Part shown: piece after piece, positions 53,101 through 64,000 of the stretch | How the letters are laid out: each line of letters begins with the position of its first letter | How positions within the stretch are numbered: position 1 is the first letter of the stretch | Origin: Eledone cirrhosa | Taxonomy: Eukaryota | Assembly: GCA_964016885.1 (NCBI GenBank) | Contig: CAXHJY010000973.1 | Span: 62,001-126,000 of the forward strand | Length of the DNA stretch: 64,000 nucleotides | Direction of reading: 5' to 3' | Translations under genes and position numbers: made by a program | The notes under the pieces: model-generated | Told to the model about the DNA's origin: nothing | The model's database searches: none | The model's input: the letters and a program-made list of their open reading frames with translations, nothing else

Positions 53101-56100
53101 GCAGGTGACAGATACCTGTTATAATAGGGAGACATGTGAGAGTTAGGACACTGGCAGGTGACAGATACCTGTCATAATAGGGAGACATGTGAGAGTTAGG
53201 ACACTGGCAGGTGACAGATACCTGTGATAATAGGGAGACATGTGAGAGTTAGCACACTGGCAGGGGACAGATACCTATTATAATAGGGAGACATGGGAGG
53301 GTTAGGACACTGGCAGGTGACAGATACCTGTTATAATAGGGAGACATGTGAGAGTTAGGACACTGGCAGGTGACAGATACCAGTCATAATAGGGAGACAT
53401 GTGAGAGTTAGGACACTGGCAGGTGACAGATACCTGTCATAATAGGGAGACATGTGAGAGTTAGGACACTGGCAGGTGACAGATACCAGTCATAATAGGG
53501 AGAGATGTGAGAGTTAGGACACGGGCAGGTGACAGATACCTGTTATAATAGGGAGACATGTGAGAGTTAGGACACTGGCAGGTGACAGATACCAGTCATA
53601 ATAGGGAGAGATGTGAGAGTTAGGACACTGGCAGGTGACAGATACCTGTCATAATAGGGAGACATGTGAGAGTTAGGACACTGGCAGGTGACACATACCT
53701 GTCATAATAGGGAGACATGTGAGAGTTAGGACACTGGCAGGTGACAGATTCCTGTCATAATAGGGAGACATGTGAGAGTTGTGACACTGGCAGGTGACAG
53801 ATACCTGTTATAATAGGGAGACATGTGAGAGGACACTGGCAGGCGACAGATACCTGTTATAATAGGGAGACATGTGAGAGTTAGGACACTGGCAGGTGAC
53901 AGATACCTGTTATAATAGGGAGACATGTGAGAGTTAGGACACTGGCAGGTGACAGATACCAGTCATAATAGGGAGAGATGTGAGAGTTAGGACACTGGCA
54001 GGTGACAGATACCTGTCATAATAGGGAGACATGTGAAAGGACACTGGCAGGTGACAGATACCTGTTATAATAGGGAGACATGTGAGAGTTAGGACACTGG
54101 CAGATGACAGATACCTGTTATAATAGGGAGAGATGTGAGAGTTAGGACACTGGCAGGTGACAGATACCTGTTATAATACAGACACATGTGAGAGTTAGGA
54201 CACTGGCATGTGACAGATACCTGTTATAATAGGGAGACATGTGAGAGTTAGGACACTGGCAGGTGACAGATACCTGTCATAATAGGGAGAGATGTGAGAG
54301 TTAAGACACTGGCAGGTGACAGATACCTGTCATAATAGGGAGAGATGTGAGAGTTAGGACACTGGCAGGTGACAGATACCTGTCATAATAGGGAGAGATG
54401 TGAGAGTTAGGACACTGGCAGGTGACAGATAGCTGTCATAATAGGGAGACATGTGAGAGTTAGGACACTGGCAGGTGACAGATACCTGTTATAATAGGGA
54501 GACATGTGAGAGTTAGGAGACTGGCAGGTGACAGATACCTGTTATAATAGGGAGACATGTGAGGGTTAGGACACTGGCAGGTGACAGATACCAGTCATAA
54601 TAGGGAGACATGTGAGAGTTAGGGCACTAGCAGGTGACAGATACCTGTTATAATAGGGAGAGATGTGAGAGGACACTGGCAGGTGACAGATACCTGTTAT
54701 AATAGGGAGAGGTGTGAGAGTTAGGACATTGGCAGGTGACAGATACCTGTTATAATAGGGAAACATGTGAGAGTTAGGACACTGGCAGGTGACAGATACC
54801 TGTCATAATAGGGAGAGGTGTGAGCGGACACTGGCAGGTGACAGATACCTGTCATAATAGGGAGACATGTGAGAGTTAGGACACTGGCAGGTGACAGATA
54901 CCTGTTATAATAGGGAGAGATGTGAGAGGACACTGGCAGGTGACAGATACCTGTTATAATAGGGAGAGGTGTGAGAGGACACTGGCAGGTGACAGATACC
55001 TGTCATAATAGGGAGACATGTGAGAGTTAGGACCTGGCAGGTGACAGATACCTGTTATAATAGGGAGACATGTGAGAGTTAGGGCACTAGCAGGTGACAT
55101 ACCTGTTATAATAGGGAGACATGTGAGAGTTAGGGCACTAGCAGGTGACAGATACCTGTTATAATAGGGAGAGATGTGAGGACACTGGCAGGTGACAGAT
55201 ACCTGTTATAATAGGGAGACATGTGAGAGTTAGGGCACTAGCAGGTGACAGATACCTGTTATAATAGGGAGACATGTGAGAGTTAGGGCACTAGCAGGTG
55301 ACAGATACCTGTTATAATAGGGAGACATGTGAGAGTTAGGACACTGGCATGTGACAGATACCTGTCATAATAGGCAGACATGTGAGAGTTAGGGCACTAG
55401 CAGGTGACAGATACCTGTTATAATAGGGAGACATGTGAGAGTTAGGACACTGGCAGGTGACAGATACCTGTTATAATAGGGAGACATGTGAGAGTTAGGA
55501 CACTGGCAGGTGACAGATACCTGTCATAATAGGGAGACATGTGAGAGTTAGGGCACTAGCAGGTGACAGATACCTGTTATAATAGGGAGAGATGTGAGAG
55601 TTAGGACACTGGCAGGTGACAGATACCCGTCATAATAGGGAGACATGTGAGAGTTAGGACACTGGCAGGTGACAGATACCTGTTATAATAGGGAGACATG
55701 TGAGAGTTAGGACACTGGCAGGTGACAGATACCTGTCATAATAGGGAGACATGTGAGAGTTAGGACACTGGCAGGTGACAGATACCTGTGATAATAGGGA
55801 GACATGTGAGAGTTAGCACACTGGCAGGGGACAGATACCTATTATAATAGGGAGACATGGGAGGGTTAGGACACTGGCAGGTGACAGATACCTGTTATAA
55901 TAGGGAGACATGTGAGAGTTAGGACACTGGCAGGTGACAGATACCAGTCATAATAGGGAGACATGTGAGAGTTAGGACACTGGCAGGTGACAGATACCTG
56001 TCATAATAGGGAGACATGTGAGAGTTAGGACACTGGCAGGTGACAGATACCAGTCATAATAGGGAGAGATGTGAGAGTTAGGACACTGGCAGGTGACAGA

Positions 56101-59100
56101 TACCTGTTATAATAGGGAGACATGTGAGAGTTAGGACACTGGCAGGTGACAGATACCTGTCATAATAGGGAGAGGTGTGAGAGGACACTGGCAGGTGACA
56201 GATACCTGTCATAATAGGGAGACATGTGAGAGTTAGGACACTGGCAGGTGACAGATACCTGTTATAATAGGGAGAGATGTGAGAGGACACTGGCAGGTGA
56301 CAGATACCTGTTATAATAGGGAGAGGTGTGAGAGGACACTGGCAGGTGACAGATACCTGTCATAATAGGGAGACATGTGAGAGTTAGGACACTGACAGGT
56401 GACAGATACCTGTTATAATAGGGAGACATGTGAGAGTTAGGGCACTAGCAGGTGACAGATACCTGTTATAATAGGGAGACATGTGAGAGTTAGGGCACTA
56501 GCAGGTGACAGATACCTGTTATAATAGGGAGAGATGTGAGAGGACACTGGCAGGTGACAGATACCTGTCATAATAGGGAGGCATGTGAGAGTTAGGACAC
56601 TGGCAGGTGACAGATACCTGTCATAATAGGGAGACATGTGAGAGTTAGGACACTGGCAGGTGACAGATACCTGTTATAATAGGGAGACATGTGAGAGTTA
56701 GGGCACTGGCAGGTCACAGATACCTGTTATAATAGGGAGACATGTGAGAGGACACTGGCAGGTGACAGATACCTGTTATAATAGGGAGACATGTGAGAGT
56801 TAGGACACTGGCAGGTGACAGATACCTGTCATAATAGGGAGAGATGTGAGAGTTAGGACACTGGCAGGTGACAGATACCTGTTATAATAGGGAGACATGT
56901 GAGAGTTAGGACACTGGCAGGTGACAGATACCTGTTATAATAGGGAGACATGTGAGAGTTAGGACACTGGCAGGTGACAGATACCTGTCATAATAGGGAG
57001 AGATGTGAGAGTTAGGACACTGGCAGGTGACAGATACCTGTCATAATAGGGAGACATGTGAGAGTTAGGACACTGGCAGGTGACAGATACCTGTTATAAT
57101 AGGGAGAGATGTGAGAGTTAGGACACTGGCAGGTGACAGATAGCTGTCATAATAGGGAGACATGTGAGAGTTAGGACACTGGCAGGTGACAGATACCTGT
57201 TATAATAGGGAGACATGTGAGAGTTAGGAGACTGGCAGGTGACAGATACCTGTTATAATAGGGAGACATGTGAGGGTTAGGACACTGGCAGGTGACAGAT
57301 ACCAGTCATAATAGGGAGACATGTGAGAGTTAGGGCACTAGCAGGTGACAGATACCTGTTATAATAGGGAGAGATGTGAGAGGACACTGGCAGGTGACAG
57401 ATACCTGTTATAATAGGGAGAGGTGTGAGAGTTAGGACACTGGCAGGTGACAGATACCTGTTATAATAGGGAGACATGTGAGAGTTAGGACACTGGCAGG
57501 TGACAGATACCTGTCATAATAGGGAGAGGTGTGAGAGGACACTGGCAGGTGACAGATACCTGTCATAATAGGGAGACATGTGAGAGTTAGGACACTGGCA
57601 GGTGACAGATACCTGTTATAATAGGGAGAGATGTGAGAGGACACTGGCAGGTGACAGATACCTGTTATAATAGGGAGAGGTGTGAGAGGACACTGGCAGG
57701 TGACAGATACCTGTTATAATAGGGAGACATGTGAGAGTTAGGACACTGGCAGGTGACAGATACCAGTCATAATAGGGAGAGATGTGAGAGTTAGGACACT
57801 GGCAGGTGACAGATACCTGTCATAATAGGGAGACATGTGAAAGGACACTGGCAGGTGACAGATACCTGTTATAATAGGGAGACATGTGAGAGTTAGGACA
57901 CTGGCAGATGACAGATACCTGTTATAATAGGGAGAGATGTGAGAGTTAGGACACTGGCAGGTGACAGATACCTGTTATAATACAGACACATGTGAGAGTT
58001 AGGTCACTGGCATGTGACAGATACCTGTTATAATAGGGAGACATGTGAGAGTTAGGACACTGGCAGGTGACAGATACCTGTCATAATAGGGAGAGATGTG
58101 AGAGTTAAGACACTGGCAGGTGACAGATACCTGTCATAATAGGGAGACATGTGAGAGTTAGGACACTGGCAGGTGACAGATACCTGTCATAATAGGGAGA
58201 GATGTGAGAGTTAGGACACTGGCAGGTGACAGATAGCTGTCATAATAGGGAGACATGTGAGAGTTAGGACACTGGCAGGTGACAGATACCTGTTATAATA
58301 GGGAGACATGTGAGAGTTAGGAGACTGGCAGGTGACAGATACCTGTTATAATAGGGAGACATGTGAGGGTTAGGACACTGGCAGGTGACAGATACCAGTC
58401 ATAATAGGGAGACATGTGAGAGTTAGGGCACTAGCAGGTGACAGATACCTGTTATAATAGGGAGAGATGTGAGAGGACACTGGCAGGTGACAGATACCTG
58501 TTATAATAGGGAGAGGTGTGAGAGTTAGGACACTGGCAGGTGACAGATACCTGTTATAATAGGGAGACATGTGAGAGTTAGGACACTGGCAGGTGACAGA
58601 TACCTGTCATAATAGGGAGAGGTGTGAGAGGACACTGGCAGGTGACAGATACCTGTCATAATAGGGAGACATGTGAGAGTTAGGACACTGGCAGGTGACA
58701 GATACCTGTCATAATAGGGAGAGGTGTGAGAGGACACTGGCAGGTGACAGATACCTGTCATAATAGGGAGACATGTGAGAGTTAGGACACTGGCAGGTGA
58801 CAGATACCTGTTATAATAGGGAGAGATGTGAGAGGACACTGGCAGGTGACAGATACCTGTTATAATAGGGAGAGGTGTGAGAGGACACTGGCAGGTGACA
58901 GATACCTGTCATAATAGGGAGACATGTGAGAGTTAGGACACTGGCAGGTGACAGATACCTGTCATAATAGGGAGAGATGTGAGAGTTAGGACACTGGCAG
59001 GTGACAGATACCTGTTATAATAGGGAGAGATGTGAGAGTTAGGACACTGGCAGGTGACAGATACCCGTCATAATAGGGAGACATGTGAGAGTTAGGACAC

Positions 59101-62100
59101 TGGCAGGTGACAGATACCTGTCATAATAGGGAGACATGTGAGAGTTAGGACACTGGCAGGTGACAGATACCTGTTATAATAGGGAGACATGTGAGAGTTA
59201 GGACACTGGCAGGTGACAGATACCTGTCATAATAGGGAGACATGTGAGAGTTAGGACACTGGCAGGTGACAGATACCTGTGATAATAGGGAGACATGTGA
59301 GAGTTAGCACACTGGCAGGGGACAGATACCTATTATAATAGGGAGACATGGGAGGGTTAGGACACTGGCAGGTGACAGATACCTGTTATAATAGGGAGAC
59401 ATGTGAGAGTTAGGACACTGGCAGGTGACAGATACCAGTCATAATAGGGAGACATGTGAGAGTTAGGACACTGGCAGGTGACAGATACCTGTCATAATAG
59501 GGAGACATGTGAGAGTTAGGACACTGGCAGGTGACAGATACCAGTCATAATAGGGAGAGATGTGAGAGTTAGGACACTGGCAGGTGACAGATACCTGTTA
59601 TAATAGGGAGACATGTGAGAGTTAGGACACTGGCAGGTGACAGATACCTGTCATAATAGGGAGAGGTGTGAGAGGACACTGGCAGGTGACAGATACCTGT
59701 CATAATAGGGAGACATGTGAGAGTTAGGACACTGGCAGGTGACAGATACCTGTTATAATAGGGAGAGATGTGAGAGGACACTGGCAGGTGACAGATACCT
59801 GTTATAATAGGGAGAGGTGTGAGAGGACACTGGCAGGTGACAGATACCTGTCATAATAGGGAGACATGTGAGAGTTAGGACACTGGCAGGTGACAGATAC
59901 CTGTTATAATAGGGAGACATGTGAGAGTTAGGGCACTAGCAGGTGACAGATACCTGTTATAATAGGGAGACATGTGAGAGTTAGGGCACTAGCAGGTGAC
60001 AGATACCTGTTATAATAGGGAGAGATGTGAGAGGACACTGGCAGGTGACAGATACCTGTCATAATAGGGAGGCATGTGAGAGTTAGGACACTGGCAGGTG
60101 ACAGATACCTGTCATAATAGGGAGACATGTGAGAGTTAGGACACTGGCAGGTGACAGATACCTGTTATAATAGGGAGACATGTGAGAGTTAGGGCACTGG
60201 CAGGTCACAGATACCTGTTATAATAGGGAGACATGTGAGAGGACACTGGCAGGTGACAGATACCTGTTATAATAGGGAGACATGTGAGAGTTAGGACACT
60301 GGCAGGTGACAGATACCTGTCATAATAGGGAGAGATGTGAGAGTTAGGACACTGGCAGGTGACAGATACCTGTTATAATAGGGAGACATGTGAGAGTTAG
60401 GACACTGGCAGGTGACAGATACCTGTTATAATAGGGAGACATGTGAGAGTTAGGACACTGGCAGGTGACAGATACCTGTCATAATAGGGAGAGATGTGAG
60501 AGTTAGGACACTGGCAGGTGACAGATACCTGTCATAATAGGGAGACATGTGAGAGTTAGGACACTGGCAGGTGACAGATACCTGTTATAATAGGGAGAGA
60601 TGTGAGAGTTAGGACACTGGCAGGTGACAGATAGCTGTCATAATAGGGAGACATGTGAGAGTTAGGACACTGGCAGGTGACAGATACCTGTTATAATAGG
60701 GAGACATGTGAGAGTTAGGAGACTGGCAGGTGACAGATACCTGTTATAATAGGGAGACATGTGAGGGTTAGGACACTGGCAGGTGACAGATACCAGTCAT
60801 AATAGGGAGACATGTGAGAGTTAGGGCACTAGCAGGTGACAGATACCTGTTATAATAGGGAGAGATGTGAGAGGACACTGGCAGGTGACAGATACCTGTT
60901 ATAATAGGGAGAGGTGTGAGAGTTAGGACACTGGCAGGTGACAGATACCTGTTATAATAGGGAGACATGTGAGAGTTAGGACACTGGCAGGTGACAGATA
61001 CCTGTCATAATAGGGAGAGGTGTGAGAGGACACTGGCAGGTGACAGATACCTGTCATAATAGGGAGACATGTGAGAGTTAGGACACTGGCAGGTGACAGA
61101 TACCTGTTATAATAGGGAGAGATGTGAGAGGACACTGGCAGGTGACAGATACCTGTTATAATAGGGAGAGGTGTGAGAGGACACTGGCAGGTGACAGATA
61201 CCTGTTATAATAGGGAGACATGTGAGAGTTAGGACACTGGCAGGTGACAGATACCAGTCATAATAGGGAGAGATGTGAGAGTTAGGACACTGGCAGGTGA
61301 CAGATACCTGTCATAATAGGGAGACATGTGAAAGGACACTGGCAGGTGACAGATACCTGTTATAATAGGGAGACATGTGAGAGTTAGGACACTGGCAGAT
61401 GACAGATACCTGTTATAATAGGGAGAGATGTGAGAGTTAGGACACTGGCAGGTGACAGATACCTGTTATAATACAGACACATGTGAGAGTTAGGTCACTG
61501 GCATGTGACAGATACCTGTTATAATAGGGAGACATGTGAGAGTTAGGACACTGGCAGGTGACAGATACCTGTCATAATAGGGAGAGATGTGAGAGTTAAG
61601 ACACTGGCAGGTGACAGATACCTGTCATAATAGGGAGACATGTGAGAGTTAGGACACTGGCAGGTGACAGATACCTGTCATAATAGGGAGAGATGTGAGA
61701 GTTAGGACACTGGCAGGTGACAGATAGCTGTCATAATAGGGAGACATGTGAGAGTTAGGACACTGGCAGGTGACAGATACCTGTTATAATAGGGAGACAT
61801 GTGAGAGTTAGGAGACTGGCAGGTGACAGATACCTGTTATAATAGGGAGACATGTGAGGGTTAGGACACTGGCAGGTGACAGATAGCTGTCATAATAGGG
61901 AGACATGTGAGAGTTAGGACACTGGCAGGTGACAGATACCTGTTATAATAGGGAGACATGTGAGGGTTAGGACACTGGCAGGTGACAGATACCAGTCATA
62001 ATAGGGAGACATGTGAGAGTTAGGGCACTAGCAGGTGACAGATACCTGTTATAATAGGGAGAGGTGTGAGAGTTAGGACACTGGCAGGTGACAGATACCT

Positions 62101-64000
62101 GTTATAATAGGGAGACATGTGAGAGTTAGGACACTGGCAGGTGACAGATACCTGTCATAATAGGGAGAGGTGTGAGAGGACACTGGCAGGTGACAGATAC
62201 CTGTTATAATAGGGAGAGGTGTGAGAGGACACTGGCAGGTGACAGATACCTGTCATAATAGGGAGACATGTGAGAGTTAGGACACTGGCAGGTGACAGAT
62301 ACCTGTTATAATAGGGAGAGATGTGAGAGGACACTGGCAGGTGACAGATACCTGTTATAATAGGGAGAGGTGTGAGAGGACACTGGCAGGTGACAGATAC
62401 CTGTCATAATAGGGAGACATGTGAGAGTTAGGACACTGGCAGGTGACAGATACCTGTCATAATAGGGAGAGGTGTGAGAGGACACTGGCAGGTGACAGAT
62501 ACCTGTTATAATAGGGAGAGGTGTGAGAGGACACTGGCAGGTGACAGATACCTGTCATAATAGGGAGACATGTGAGAGTTAGGACACTGGCAGGTGACAG
62601 ATACCTGTCATAATAGGGAGAGATGTGAGAGTTAGGACACTGGCAGGTGACAGATAGCTGTCATAATAGGGAGACATGTGAGATTTAGGACACTGGCAGG
62701 TGACAGATACCTGTTATAATAGGGAGACTGGCAGGTGACAGATACCTGTTATAATAGGGAGAGATGTGAGAGGACACTGGCAGGTGACAGATACCTGTCA
62801 TAATAGGGAGAGGTGTGAGAGGACACTGGCAGGTGACAGATACCTGTTATAATAGGGAGACATGTGAGAGTTAGGACACTGGCAGGTGACAGATACCAGT
62901 CATAATAGGGAGAGATGTGAGAGTTAGGACACTGGCAGGTGACAGATACCTGTCATAATAGGGAGACATGTGAAAGGACACTGGCAGGTGACAGATACCT
63001 GTTATAATAGGGAGACATGTGAGAGTTAGGACACTGGCAGATGACAGATACCTGTTATAATAGGGAGAGATGTGAGAGTTAGGACACTGGCAGGTGACAG
63101 ATACCTGTTATAATACAGACACATGTGAGAGTTAGGACACTGGCATGTGACAGATACCTGTTATAATAGGGAGACATGTGAGAGTTAGGACACTGGCAGG
63201 TGACAGATACCTGTCATAATAGGGAGAGATGTGAGAGTTAAGACACTGGCAGGTGACAGATACCTGTCATAATAGGGAGACATGTGAGAGTTAGGACACT
63301 GGCAGGTGACAGATACCTGTCATAATAGGGAGAGATGTGAGAGTTAGGACACTGGCAGGTGACAGATAGCTGTCATAATAGGGAGACATGTGAGAGTTAG
63401 GACACTGGGAGGTGACAGATACCTGTTATAATAGGGAGACATGTGAGAGTTAGGAGACTGGCAGGTGACAGATACCTGTTATAATAGGGAGACATGTGAG
63501 GGTTAGGACACTGGCAGGTGACAGATACCAGTCATAATAGGGAGACATGTGAGAGTTAGGGCACTAGCAGGTGACAGATACCTGTTATAATAGGGAGAGA
63601 TGTGAGAGGACACTGGCAGGTGACAGATACCTGTTATAATAGGGAGAGGTGTGAGAGTTAGGACACTGGCAGGTGACAGATACCTGTTATAATAGGGAGA
63701 CATGTGAGAGTTAGGACACTGGCAGGTGACAGATACCTGTCATAATAGGGAGAGGTGTGAGAGGACACTGGCAGGTGACAGATACCTGTCATATTAGGGA
63801 GACATGTGAGAGTTAGGACACTGGCAGGTGACAGATACCTGTTATAATAGGGAGAGATGTGAGAGGACACTGGCAGGTGACAGATACCTGTTATAATAGG
63901 GAGAGGTGTGAGAGGACACTGGCAGGTGACAGATACCTGTCATAATAGGGAGACATGTGAGAGTTAGGACACTGGCAGGTGACAGATACCTGTTATAATA
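32151..64000. repeat. 53-bp satellite (49-bp deletion variant), about 600 copies, intronic in NCAPH, running off the window end
   Basis: Unit ACCTGT(T/C)ATAATAGGGAGACATGTGAGAGTTAGGACACTGGCAGGTGACAGAT. Confidence 0.98.

Noticed and set aside
33291-63870. Many 66-134 aa ORFs (MSPYYNRYLSP...)
   Set aside because: They arise where a 49-bp monomer removes the TAA stop; there is no evidence they are coding.
32151-64000. CRISPR-like or tRNA-array interpretation of the 53-bp repeat
   Set aside because: There are no unique spacers, no cas genes and no cloverleaf or A/B boxes, and the context is eukaryotic.

Overview
This is repeat-saturated animal genomic DNA. The SINE, RTE and (TA)n landscape suggests an octopus or other cephalopod, but that is inference. 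The only host gene I can support is the 3' end of NCAPH (condensin I kleisin, Barren/Cnd2) on the minus strand: three small phase-0 exons at 32048-32152, 26601-26786 and 13211-13276. The right half of the window (32151-64000) is a 53-bp satellite of about 600 copies. It starts exactly at the splice acceptor of the upstream NCAPH exon, and on the sense strand its monomer is a complete 3' splice site (CTAAC branch point, pyrimidine-rich tract, CAG|GTA). Internal copies can hide their AG in a hairpin, and 4 of the 5 copies nearest the exon have lost the AG. The left half holds a perfect 390-bp palindrome with two minimal hammerhead ribozymes (Penelope-like pLTR hairpin), an intact CR1-type ORF2, and a full-length Tx1/L1-type LINE. 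It also holds a non-autonomous Helitron and a CR1 fragment nested, like the Tx1 element, in a 60/68/71-bp minisatellite, many RTE LINE copies with a PHD-like finger, tRNA-derived SINEs and long strand-biased (TA)n/TACA arrays. All family assignments come from recalled motifs; no searches were run.
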